A DNA stretch of 64,000 nucleotides. Origin: Sphaerodactylus townsendi. Lineage: Eukaryota. The DNA is taken from the NCBI RefSeq assembly GCF_021028975.2, contig NC_059436.1:6696001-6760000 (forward strand), in the 5' to 3' direction. The notes beneath the pieces were generated by a model that was not told where the DNA came from, did no database searches, and saw nothing but the letters and a program-made list of their open reading frames with translations. Position 1 is the stretch's first letter; every line of letters begins with the position of its first letter. Shown here in pieces: positions 48,471 to 60,312 of the stretch. Both the position numbers and the translations under genes were made by a program.

Positions 48471-50424
48471 CTTGTAAGCCTCTCCCCACCCACTCGCACT
48501 CACAGACGCCTGCACCACCCTCACACCCTTTCCCTAACAATGCTGGGTAGTGCATATGGCTGGGATAGCAGAGTGTTTAAATGCAAGCAGTTGGGGGAAT
48601 GGTGGCCAGCAGGGGAATTACACAGGCAGGTGGGTCTACAACAGGGGGCCCTACCAGAGGTCGTGGGAGCTGTACTACCTTCATTTTTTTCTCAGTTAGT
48701 TTTGCGTTATTGTTCTCATCATGTATGCATGGAAAACTAAAACCACAGTCAAAAATATAGATTTGTATAAAAAGGAGGTAGATGGAGAACTCATCCCTGT
48801 TTGATGTACAAAAAATGAATGCAGAATCCCAGAGATGTACTAGGAAATCCATCATTTTAGAAAAGAATGGTGACATCCTTCTAATGGTTGGGATTTGTGA
48901 CCCTTTTCTGTCTTTCCAAGTCCTGAACACCTTTAGCAATCTCTTTTAGTTTCACTACTATTCCCTAAACTAGTATGTTTATTCTAACGGCTTGATAGCC
49001 AGCTGTCTGGGGAAGATCTGTGTTGCAAGAGTAGCCCACCATGAGGGACCAAGAGATCTTTCAGAATTACGCCTTATCTCTAGACTACAGGGATTAGTTC
49101 CTGTCCTTTGGAAGGTAGCATTATACTCTGCTGAAGCCCCTCTCATCCCTTTCACATTTGCCCCAAGTTTTGCAAAGCTGAGTGACATGTTGTCAAGGGG
49201 ATGTTATCTGGGTGATTGAGATGCATTCTTAACTCTATGTAATTGATTGAAATAACAAACCAATGCTGCTCAAAAGATATATGTAACCAGCCTGCTATAT
49301 GTAACCACTGCCATCTGTGCACTCTTTCCTTGATCTCTATTTTATGGCTTCACATGCTTTGTAGGCAACTGGGCTCCCCCGGCACCTCTGCACCATGAGA
49401 GAAGTATTACATCCATTATCTCATGGGGCAGGAAGCCAGGTGGCTCTCTCACCATCTGCTGCCGACCTTGGGGCACCTTGGCTCCAAAGACTGTTTTTCA
49501 TGAATTTTGGAAACTGGGAGGGGGGCTTTCAGCAGAGAATAAAGGGGACTGTGAATGCCAGTTTAATCAGAACTGGCTTTGCCAAGTACGGTGCTTCGAT
49601 ACTTCATCAATGCTGCTGATCAATACTTCAGAGTCTGTTTATTGGCTTAAAGTTCCGAGACCTAACACATGTCAAGTTTTTTTTTTAAAAAAGAACTGTT
49701 AAAAACAGCTGTAATTTCTGTATTCCCTGAGCTGATCTTGATTGTAAAATGAAGGAAAGCAAGAGCCAAAACTATTCAGTCTTTCACAATGGCTCTGAAT
49801 TGTTCTTTCTAGTCAGATCACCAGCTCAGTAATTCACCATATTGGGAAAAATGTTAATTCTCGTCTCCTGTGCTTTTGCCCTGAAAGCTTTTCACTGCTC
49901 ATTTTGGCTTCATTAGCATGCAATAATTTCATCATTCAAGTTAGGCAGGAACATTCTCCAAAGGCATTGAATGTTCACATGTTTTAATCCCCAGAAAAGC
50001 GCCCAGCATTTCATAAGTCTTTTTGATACACGGGAGAATTTGCTTCTCTCTCGATCTGTTTTGTAGGGAAAATATCAGGAATAGTCTTCAAGCTGTTGAG
50101 ATGTGTAAAACTCACTAGTGATCTTTGTATATAATTTTTACCTTCAAGCTCCACATTTCCAACCGCCCCCCCCCCCCAAAGTAGAAGTGGAATTTATAAA
50201 GCACATCTAGCCAATTGATTAGACATTTTGGAGATAAATGGTTTTTTTGTGTGGTATCTCTGCATTGATTGGATTCCTTACGATCAGCTAATTGCTTAAT
50301 TCTGAATTTCAGGCATCATTTGAATAATTCCTTTGATATGACCTTTCACTGACTGTGTGGATTTTGCTGGCCAAATGACAGTAAATAAACAGAACTGAAC
50401 TGAAAGGTGGGTTTGTTTGCTTTT

Positions 50425-50460
50425 GGTTTCTCATATTTTCCCATTCTTCTCAGGTAAGGC
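50425..50460 (+). other. Juxtaposed 3'ss/5'ss motif (candidate recursive splice site)
   Basis: ttctcatattttcccattcttctCAG|GTAAGG, junction 50453|50454. Confidence 0.4.
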
Positions 50461-50774
50461 ATTTATCATTCTATTTTTATTGGTTTTATTTTTGTTGGTT
50501 TTTGGTTTAGTTTTGTTGGTTTTTCAGTCCTGTTATGTTTTCAAACTGATTATTGAATTTTGTATTTGTGGTGATTCCTCAGCCTAGAAGCCTACTGGTT
50601 GAAGGTCAGCAGTGAAATCCCCTAACTAAATAAATGAACTATTGCTCTGAATCTAGGACCATCTGTCCAACATGTTTAGAATTTTAGTATTTAGAACTAG
50701 CAAGATTGAAGTTTGCCTTGTAGTTCAGTTGTTCTCTGGCAAGCAACAATTCCTTCTGGCCAAATAGATTGTCA

Positions 50775-51070
50775 AGAGAGCTAACATGGTGTAGTGGTTA
50801 AGAGTAGGTGGACACTAATCTGGAGTAATGGGATTGACTCCGCACTCCTCCACATGAGCGGTGGACTCTTACCTGGAGCACTTGATTTGTTTCTCACTTC
50901 CTGCTGGGTAACGTTGGGCCAGTCAAAGTTCTCTCAGAACTCTCTTCAACCCCACCTACCTGACAAGGTTTCTGTTGTGAGGAGAGGAAGGGAAAGATGT
51001 TTGTAAACTGTCTTGAGTCTCCTTACAGGAGAGAAAGGTGGGATAGCAATCCAAACTTTTCTTCTTCTTT
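50775..51070 (+). mobile_element. Squam3-like SINE
   Basis: gagagctaacatggtgtagtggttaagag...aatccaaacttttcttcttc. Confidence 0.88.
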
Positions 51071-51071
51071 T

Positions 51072-51427
51072 GGGCCTTTCCGCACACTATGAAATCACAG
51101 GCAGATGACCTGCCAGCAGAGGAAATCTCTGTTACAAACCTTCTGCAAATGGTGGCTGTGAGCTGTGGTGCAAAGGAAATAGAAGAGCTTTGAAACTGGT
51201 CGGAAAAAGTCAGACGTTTCCTGCTCTCTGCACAACAAGCAGAAAATCTCTTGACCCTGTCTTGGGGGAAAAATATCACTAATTTAGCATTTTATAAAAA
51301 ACCCAGGTTGAGAAGAAATAAAATGTCCTGAAGATGTCTTGGGGGAAAAAGCTGTGTGGAGTTCTTCCCCAAAATGCTTGTTTTAACGTCCTCAAGGTGT
51401 TTTATTTGTGCTGAGCAGAAAGGGCCC
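51072..51427. mobile_element. Harbinger-type MITE inserted in a SINE (CTT)n tail
   Basis: gggcctttccgcacac ... ctgagcagaaagggccc; cttcttc on both sides. Confidence 0.6.
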
Positions 51428-51579
51428 TTCTTCTTGCCCTTCTGCTCCTTTACCTTCTTCCAAGGTATTTTGGGTGCATACTTACATCCCCGTCTTTCAA
51501 ATTTGTCTTCAAAACAACAACATTCGCAATATCTTCTCAGGTCCCACTGACAGTTAGTGAGTGACCTAAGATAACTAAC

Positions 51580-51662
51580 ACTGTCATCCTGAAGAGTTAC
51601 ACATTTCTAAGCCCGTTGACTTCAATAGACTTGCAAGTGTATAACTTGGCTTAGGATCACAC
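51580..51662. mobile_element. Short hairpin MITE (atcct...aggat type)
   Basis: atcctgaagagttacacatttctaagcccgttgacttcaatagacttgcaagtgtataacttggcttaggat. Confidence 0.6.
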
Positions 51663-53062
51663 AGCCAGTTTGAACTGAGGGGGTGGGGTGTGTGTGTCAT
51701 CAGATGTTCTTTGTTTATTTTGCTTTCTTACACTGGTGTTTTCGTTTGGTGAGCGATTTTGGTTGTCTGTTTTTTAATCCTAGTTTTGTATGCATCTACA
51801 ATGTATATCATTTTTGTATTTAACAGACTTATAACGTAGCGTGGTGGTGATTCACAGATGCACAGGTAATGCTGACAAATGTGTTCATATACTGGAAAGC
51901 TCCAGTGTGAGGAAGCAGAAAGTGGTGTGAGAAAGAACGATGGATGCAGAGCCCACAAGGGAGGAGTGTAAACGAAATGGGGATTTTTGAAACAGCGGGG
52001 ATGAGAAATTCTAAATCACTCCTAATTGGCTCCCTGGTCTTCCTGGGCACGGTCCGCCATTCTAACCACTGCACCCCACTGGCTTTTTATGCAAATGAAC
52101 AGGCTGGTGTATAAAATTGCAGAGGTAAGGTTGTTAATATTTGGTGCTTATGTACAATACTAATTCAAAGATGGTTTCAGACATTCCCAAAGACGAGTCA
52201 AGCAGCAGCTTTCTGCTTGATCTTAATGGGAGGCATTTAAGAACACTGTGAGTTTAAAGCATGACAGGTTTTCCAGCTTTGGTAGCAACTGACTGTTTTC
52301 TATATCCCCCCCAACCCCCCCCCCCCCGGCCGCCTTTTGTCCTGCTATTTCTGTTCAGATCAATACAGCACAGTCAGTAGACATGCTAATTTGAGCGCTT
52401 TGGAGCTGTCTCCAATGGCCTACATATATTTACAAAAAATATGCGCCATTCAGGTCATGCCCCATCTTGCAATGTCTATTTCATACCCCTGAAACCAAAT
52501 GCTGTATTCTCTAGATTAGCTGCTCTCTATAATCTACCAAGTCTTGCAGTAACATGGTGGTGGGGAGGGATGTGGAGGGAAAGAAAAGGAACGTGTGATT
52601 AGTGCTACCTGTTTGGTATGCATCTTTGCAGTCGGGCAAATGCTTGCAATATTTGTGGAGAGACCTCTACTAGAATATACTGCATAAACTTCCAGAAATT
52701 TGGTGTCCTAATTCCCTGATAGGAATAAATGATGCTTATAATGCAAAGCAGCAAAAAAAGGAGCATAGCAGGAGCTATCTAAAGCTCCCCAGAGGTCCAA
52801 TTAGAGATGTGTACAAAATTGTTCCCATATGAATTTCTCCCCAGAGCTGGGGATTCTGAGCTACTTGATCTTGTTATCAGAGACGCACCAATATTTTAGC
52901 AATGAGCACTATTTTCGTTCTTGAGTTCCAGAATCTGTTCAGGGCACTGCTGATGCAAAGTTTGCTACAGCTTTTAGTTTTCTTCAGTGGGTGTTTTTTT
53001 TTTTTGCCGTTACAAGTCATCCATGTGCACGAGCACATATGTGCATTGATGATATAACCTAA

Positions 53063-53327
53063 CTAACCTGGATAGCTTTAAAAGGGGCTTGGACAGATTT
53101 ATGGAGGAGACGTCGGTCTATGGCTACCAATTTTGATCCTCTTTGATCTGAGATTGCAAATGCCTTTGCAGACCAGGTGCTCAGGAGGAGCAGCAGCAGC
53201 AGAAGGCCGTTGCTTTCACATCCTGCATGTGAGCTTCCCAAGGCACCTGGTGGGCCACTGCGAGTAGCAGAGTGCTGGACTAGATGGACTCTGGTCTGAT
53301 CCAACAGGCTTGTTCTTATGTTCTTAA
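53063..53327 (+). mobile_element. CR1 LINE 3' end, fairly young
   Basis: LDSFKRGLDRFMEE reading; 3' stem gctggactagatggactctggtctgatcc; tail ttcttatgttctt. Confidence 0.88.
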
Positions 53328-53335
53328 CCTGCAGC

Positions 53336-53530
53336 TAGGGTTACTATCTCTGGCTTGGGAAATTCCTGGAGATTTTGCGGGCAGTGCCAGGGAAGGGCAG
53401 AGTTTGGAGAGGGGATGGAGCTCAGCAGGGATGTGATGCCATAGAATCCACTCTCTGAAGATGTTGTTTCCTCCAGGGGAATTGAGCTCCATAGTTTGGC
53501 GATCAGTTGCAATTTCACAAGAATTCTTGC
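53336..53530 (-). mobile_element. hAT-type (Blackjack-like) element
   Basis: tagggttacta...gggaaattcctggagattttg...gccatagaatccac...gatcagttgcaatt. Confidence 0.75.
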
Positions 53531-54914
53531 CATATTTGAAAGGGTATTCAGTAGACTTTGGTGCTGGTGTAATGAAGGAATGGGATTGTACACCTCCTCC
53601 AGTGATGCACACCCTTTGACATCTCAAATATATTTTGTTGAAAGAGGAGGTGCTATAGAACAGCACAGGATGGCCTCCTTTTTGTATCAGTGGGTAGGAC
53701 TCTAAAGCCATTGACTCCATTGTAGGAAGATGCTTGACTTGGAACTGACCAATATTTTGTGACTGGCCCAGTCACCGTGGCAGTCATTTTGTGACTGGCT
53801 ATCTCCCCTGCAAGGACAGTTGTTTTGAGGTGTTGCGTAGTGCTCAAAATTCTGAAAGTTTGGGTACCCCTGCCATAGATGATTGACTCTGTGGTTAATC
53901 TATTTGTATTGTGAGGAAGTCTGTCCTAATATTCAAATGAAATGAGCCCTGCCGCAACTTGGAACCAATAGATTCAGTCATGACATCTGATGTGGCAGAG
54001 AACCAGTCTGGGTACTGGCTTCCTTTGAATTGCAGTTGTTGAGATAGATGAAATCCCCAAGGCTCCTCCAAACCAAAGCATTTGCTTTTCATGACTACCC
54101 AAGGCTGCTGGGGAATGAGGCTGAAAGTTCCATGTCATAAGGCTCCCTCAGGCAGATCACAGAACGCAAGCCAAGATATGTAAATTCAAGTGCGTTGACC
54201 AGTTGACATTAAAACAGATTTTTTTTAAAAAAGTATATCTTTTGGTGAGAAAAAAATGAATGAAAATAAACAGAAGGCAGCATGAAAGTGAAGAATCACA
54301 AGTTTAATTTTCACAACAAATTTAAAATCATGCTCAGTGAATTGTGTCTCTTTCAGTTGCTGTTGTAGCTTGGCTAGTTAGGGCATTTAATTACTCTTGC
54401 CATTTTTATTGTTTTAATTACGGATCTTAGTTGTAGGCTGTCTTGGTGACCATTAGGTTGAAAGGTGGAATGTAAAATTTGTAAATAACTAAAATAAATT
54501 ATGTCTTTGGTTCACAAGCAGTTATAGGCACCAAATAAAATCAAATTATTGAGGTTGATGGCAGGCTACAGAGTGGCTCTCTTTATTTTAATAAGTCCAG
54601 TCCACAACATACCTGATAGGAAGGGGCTGTGCAGTAGTTTTGAGCAATTCTGGCAGATCAAATTTACATAGATCTCTACTTGGAAAATGTCCATATTTTC
54701 TGGGTCTTTAAAAATTTACTGTCTGCAGAGTTACAAATTGCCCAGTGCATAAGATTCCTGCATTGGTTTATTTTCAGCTGTTTCTGCATGGCACAATCAT
54801 ACCTGGTTAAAACCAGTTTCTTACAATCCGTGTCTGTTTTATCCTGGTTTCTCCCTTTGCATGGCTGCCTCTTTTGTGAAGGAATCCAGTGAAGACCAGC
54901 AGGACCTACTCCAA

Positions 54915-55035
54915 TTTCTCTTGCGCAAGCCTGGGACGTCTGTATTTACATGGCAACGTATCTGAGCATGTCCAGTGTCCCTTGTTCTGATTGGCTGTTG
55001 TTTTTGAGTGGCAGCTTGAATAAACGTCAAGCAGG
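54915..55035. promoter_or_regulatory. TF motif cluster (C/EBP, RFX, NF-Y, CRE half-sites)
   Basis: TTGCGCAA 54921-54928, GACGTC 54935-54940, CATGGCAAC 54949-54957, CTGATTGG 54987-54994, ACGTCA 55024-55029. Confidence 0.45.
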
Positions 55036-56202
55036 GAGATCAGGGGGGTGGGCAAAGGAACGGGAAGAGCAGGTTGCTGGGCAGGAAAAATAACCCAGTT
55101 CTGCTCCTGTAGTGTTTGCACAGTAGCGGACTGACCCTGGGATTTTGGAAAAGGCTCGCCAATTTGGTGATTTTTGAATGCCCCGGGAGGAGGGAAATAT
55201 TGTGGGGCAAACCTGCTTTGGGACCGGGAACTGTGTGAAATTCTTGTATGGAACAGGGTACTTCTCTTGCTCAACCCAGGATATTTAGACCATGTGGAAA
55301 TGGCCTCCTTCTCCCTTTCACAACTTGTAGCAAAGGTTTCTTCCTGAGAACAGGACAATGCTCAGACTGATTCATCTCCACAGCTGTAATGATGTGCCAT
55401 GCAAATACATGAAGAATTTGTAAGGGGGAGGAAAAGTATGTATAATTCATTTCAGCTTGACAGAGCTGTCTACTTTTTGAAACCCACGTTAGGACCAGAA
55501 GGCGATAATCAAGAAGCCAGGAAATTATTAGTGAGGCGATTTTGGCAGCCAGAGACTAATTCAATTTGTGAGACTAATTCATTTGGTGAGACTGGGCTAT
55601 ATGCAATTTGTGAGACTTATGCGATAACATTTACGATTGATCTCATTTGAAAAAAAATAGGGTGGATTTTACATAACATTAAATGACTATGGCTACAGTT
55701 CTAAGAACATTTTCTGTGGAGTAAGCCCCACTGAATAAAATGGAACTTCTGTAGACCTCCTTAGGATATTCTATATGATTAGTTGTTTTAATTATTCTGA
55801 TATTTTAATATATACATTTCCCAGATTTGAGTTCAGTACTAACTACTAGAACACACTGGCTCTTGCCTTGTATTGGACTTCAAGGCACCGCTGGCCTTCT
55901 CTGACTTCCTTGCTAGTGCCTTCTTTCTCATCTTTCACCACTCTTTACTTCCTTTTTTCCCAAACCTTTCTTGGCAAAGGTAATTAGAGTCAGTTCTGTG
56001 ATGGCTGAACAAGGTTTTCTCTATGTCTCTTCCTTTCTCTGTCCTGCCCTGCTTCTATTAAGACATCAAGGACCTTCAACAGAAGTTTGTACAGATGATG
56101 GATCAGCTATCTAAGAAATCCTAGTTCAGAACTGAGGCCTACATCTTCATTCCAGGGTGAGGGTACAATACTGCTTTGTTATGCACATTGGTGGCTCAGA
56201 TT

Positions 56203-56775
56203 CAGAGGTGGAATCCAGCAGGTTCTCACCAGTTCCCGAGAGTGGGTTACTAATTATTTGTGTGGGTTACTAATTGGGTCTGCTTTTCTGTTAGAAATTC
56301 TATTAGGTCCAAAAATCATAAAGTCCTGTTGTTTCCTATGTGGCTGATTAGCGAAGGTAGAAAATGGGATAATTCTCCCTGTTGGGCTGTTTTAAAAACA
56401 TGTTTTAGAAATATAGTAAAGTTCCATGTTTAAAGAAAGTATCCTTCTTTTGATTTCTAGAAACAAAATTAAGTATTTGAAAGTATTAAGTATTTGACAG
56501 GCAGTCAATTAGAGGAGAAGTAGTTGTTTCTGTTGGCAGCAGACGATAGGACTTGCTATAATGAGTTTAAATTATGGACAGAAAGATACCAGCTGGAAAT
56601 TAGGAACTTTTTTACAATAAGAGTTTTTTACAGTAACAGAGAAATTATTAATGCCACGCCCCAGAATGCCCCACCACGCCCCGTTGTGCCCTGCCCAGCC
56701 CCATTGGCACTACGCCATTGTTTGAATCCCACCACCATGGGAACCTATTACTAAAATTTTTGGATCCCACCACTG
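56203..56775. mobile_element. 573-bp hAT non-autonomous element
   Basis: TIR cagaggtggaatcca / tggatcccaccactg; perfect 8-bp TSD CTCAGATT. Confidence 0.92.
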
Positions 56776-57093
56776 CTCAGATTGTGTTTTTTTTCTTTTC
56801 ACATCACTGAAGTGAGTCTATAGTTGTCTATTTAGAAAATGTTTATGATGCAGCTCTAGAAACTGGCCCAACATGGCTAATAAACGAAAAACAATAAACA
56901 CAAAAAATTGAAAGGTATAAAATCCAGCAGGCATGGGGGTGGGGGGAACCAGCTCAGCATAAACACAAAGGCCATAAAAACACAATATGGACAGCTTAAA
57001 GTAAGTTTCCAGACTAAAATAGTGTTAAAAGATCAACCTGCCAATTAACAATCTGAGTGAACAGAAATGGTGCCTGAAAGAAAGCAATGTAAG

Positions 57094-57620
57094 TGTAACC
57101 CCTATGTTCAGAATGGGATGACCCAGAAAGGGGTGGAGACTGAAAGCAGCTGGAGGCTGCAAAACTCATGAAGTTGGAGGAAGCAAGGCTACCAGGCTGG
57201 AACCTTGAGTTATTTCTTTTATAAACTCTTAACACCTTATTTAAGGTAACTGCAATGTTGTTGGGAACTAGTGGAAAGGGAGTTGTTTATTGTGCTATAT
57301 TGTAAATGTTAGAATTTATGGTTTCAGGGTTTTTGTGTGTGAATGGTGAGAGTTCTTTTGGGGACCTTCATCATCTTGAATCCAGCGCACCAAGCTTCTG
57401 GAGTTTCATAAGCCACCCACTTGCAGGAAGAAATGGATTTGGCATTACAAGACTGTAATTAGAAGGACTTGAAATTAAACTTAACAGGATTTTGAAGTGT
57501 TATGTTAAATGTTAATGTTTGATGTTATATGTTAAGAAAAGTAAACCATTTTGTTTAAAATTTAGTTGTTGCAAACTCCTTCCAAGTTCTGCCCCACAGA
57601 ACCCACAAGCTGAGGTTTCA
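57094..57620 (+). mobile_element. Solo LTR inserted in a minus-strand L2 fragment (~56830-57690)
   Basis: TGTAAC...GTTTCA; TAAG direct repeat on both sides; ttataa and agtaaa signals; homologous to 12461-12983. Confidence 0.88.
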
Positions 57621-57687
57621 TAAGCACCAGGTGAGCTTCAAAGGGCAGGACTTTCCACAAGCGGGAAGTTGCCCCTACTGAAAAGGT

Positions 57688-57885
57688 TGAGTTGCCAATC
57701 TCTAGGTGATAGCTGGAGATCTCCCATTGTTACAACTAGGTGATAGCTGGAGATCTCCCATTGTTACAACTGATTACCAACTGACAGAGATCAGTTCACC
57801 TAGAGAAAATGGCCACTTTGGAAGGTGGATTCTGTGACCCCCTTGAAGTTACTCCTTTCCCCAAACCTCTCCCTTTTCAGGCTCC
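57688..57885 (+). mobile_element. hAT-type (Blackjack-like) element with a perfect 34-bp tandem duplication (57702-57769)
   Basis: ctaggtgatagctggagatctcccattgttacaa x2. Confidence 0.8.
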
Positions 57886-57889
57886 TCCA

Positions 57890-58000
57890 CTGTGTAGCAA
57901 CCCTTGACTTCCTTGGTGGTCTCCCATTCAGGTACTAATCAAGTCTTACCTACTTAGCTTTCAAGATTTGGCAAGTTTAGGCTAGCCTTGGCCATCCATT
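57890..58000 (-). mobile_element. 5S-derived SINE fragment
   Basis: gacttccttggtggtctcccattcaggtactaatc...cttagctt. Confidence 0.7.
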
Positions 58001-59269
58001 AAAAACATTGCTATACCACGTTTAGCATAGCCCTTCAGTGTGGATGTCAAATGCGCATTAAAATATTGTGCTAATGAAGGTTCATGTTTTAGGAAAATTG
58101 ATTGTTGTAAGGGATCAAAGACAGTTTGCTTCTTTGTCATCTACAGTTGGTTGGATTTGAGCATGAAGGAGATTCAGGTTGTCCTCAGGCATAACAGGAT
58201 GGCTGGATTCAGGATCCCCAAGTGTGTATGTCAGGCCCAGCTTCTGATCTAACCTGGCAAATCTTGTGTTTTTCACCATACAATGCTTTCCCTCTTGCCT
58301 TCCAGGGATGATGCCTGAGTTGTCACAATACTGGTTGCTATTCAGCTTGCAAACCAAATGCAAAGTGAAAAGCCATCAAAACAGTGCTTGGAGAAGCAAG
58401 TGGAGATAAAAAGGAGTTGTGTGCAATGTTTGCTTTATGCTGCTGCTCTACGGAATCCCAGCCATGTGACTTTCCTTTTACAGCATATCCACTGAAGAAG
58501 GTAATGCCACAAACCACACCGAGGACAAGGAGATGCAGTCGTCGGTATCCTTAAATGTATAAAATATGATGTCTTAGTTAAATCTACAAACGAAATGAAA
58601 GTTGTGTCATTCTCCAAGGATTGACTTTATTATTCCAGTTTTTGTAACCCTGTCATTTCACTAAGGAATTCAAGATGTTTAGCCACCCACTCACAGCAAT
58701 CCTGTGAGTGAGACTTAGGATGACAGATAATGCCTGGCCTAGTAATACTTAGCATTTATTTATCATGAACTGAGTCCAAAGCACATTATCTTGTTATGTT
58801 TACAACAGCTGGGTAAAGTGTGGGAGTTTTCCAACCCTCTTACTGCTGACAGGGGCAAGGCAAAGTGGTTTGTTTAAGTCCATCTAGTGAGTTCCTGGAA
58901 GAGAATGGATTTGACATTTAGCCGGGCCTGCATAAAACATCGTCTCATAGTTGGGGAAGTGAGGCTGATATGCTGGCAATGTTCCTCTCAAAGGCAGGAT
59001 TCCATAACTCAGAGGTGAACAGACTATGGTATGTTTGCCTGTGATAGAAGTGTTTGGTTCTCTTGAACAAGTACTCTTTGTTTTAATGATTTTGAATGAT
59101 TGATGTTCATCCAAGTTCATAAAATAATCCAAGAAAAATCCTAAAGTGTTAATTCTCTTACGAATTAGCTGGTCCCATGTGGAATGGAAAGGGTCAGCTA
59201 ACATAAGCTGTGTTAGGCTATCAGTGTTGGTGGAGTTCTACTTCAGCTTCCATAAGAACAAAAGAATTT

Positions 59270-59390
59270 AGAGAACATAAGAAGAGCCTTGCTGGATCTA
59301 ACCAGTCATCCATGTAGTCCAGCATTCAGTCCTGGAGGGTCTGACATAGAAGCCAAGGTCTTTCCCTGAGGTTGCTTTCTAGCACTGGTG
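59270..59390 (-). mobile_element. CR1 3' end
   Basis: agaacataagaagagccttgctggatctaaccagtcatccatgtagtccagc. Confidence 0.75.
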
Positions 59391-59426
59391 AGCCACAGAA
59401 GGCAGCTAGCTGAGATCCATCCAGTA

Positions 59427-59700
59427 AAAAGCCTTACGGTGGTATAGCAGTTAAGTCAGGTGGACTGTAATCTGGAGAACCATGTTTTTCCCCCACTTCT
59501 ACACATGAAGCCTGCTGGATGACCTTGGACCAATCATGGTTCTCTCAGAACTCTGTCAGCCCCGCCTACCTCACAAGGTGTTGTCAGCCCCACCTACTTC
59601 ACAAGGTATGGAGAAAAAAAGGGAAGGCAGATTTTAAGTCACTTTGAGGCTCCTTACGGTTGAGAAAAGCAGGGTATAAATCCAAACTACTCCCCCTCCT
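59427..59700 (+). mobile_element. Squam3-like SINE with a short internal duplication
   Basis: tgtcagcccc.cctac.tcacaaggt x2; tail gggtataaatccaaac. Confidence 0.85.
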
Positions 59701-59944
59701 TCATATGGGGGAGGAACAACCATGCCTGCAGTTTGAGCAGCAAGGAGGAACAATGTGATAAATTAAATCTTCTTGCCAGAATGTGTTTAATCCTGCAATT
59801 TCTGAGCTGCTCCTGATACTTGAACCCTATTTTTTTCTTCAGACTTATGTACGGAAGTGATCACAAACTGATATGTGAACAGTCATCTGGATATGAGATT
59901 CCCAAACACTGGACAAAACAAATGGAACCAGACTAGTGTATACA

Positions 59945-60135
59945 ACATCCAGGTGGTGGCTGGAGTTCTCTTGGAATTACAACTGATTTTCAGGTGACAG
60001 GGATCAGCTTACCTCGAGAACATGACTGCTTTGGGAGATGGTCCTAATGGTGGACCTCACTGAAGTCACTTTCCTCCCCAAACTCTACCCTCCCTGGGGC
60101 CCATTCCCAAAATCTCCAGTTATTCTCAACTCTAA
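59945..60135 (+). mobile_element. hAT-type (Blackjack-like) element
   Basis: ccaggtggtggctggagttctcttggaattacaactg...aaatctccag. Confidence 0.65.
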
Positions 60136-60214
60136 ACCAGTCTGGCATAGTAGATAAAGTATCATAGTAGTAGCCCATCAGGGCCTGTTTTCCAGATAGC
60201 CCGAATCCATAATT

Positions 60215-60312
60215 CTATCAGCTTACCAGCATGGCCAATTGGCCATGCTGACAGAGGCTGATGGGAATTGTAGTTCCTGAACATCTGGAGAGCCGCAGGT
60301 TCCCTACCCCTG
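60215..60312. mobile_element. hAT-Charlie hairpin MITE, right half
   Basis: cagcatggccaattggccatgctg centre; end gaacatctggagagccgcaggttccctacccctg, related to 18132-18278. Confidence 0.75.

Noticed and set aside
54949-54994. MHC class II S-X-Y module
   Set aside because: X-to-Y spacing is 24 nt rather than the constrained ~19-20, and no MHC exons are nearby; kept only as a generic motif cluster
55548-55622. CRISPR-like repeat-spacer array
   Set aside because: Eukaryotic context, units too short and no unique spacers
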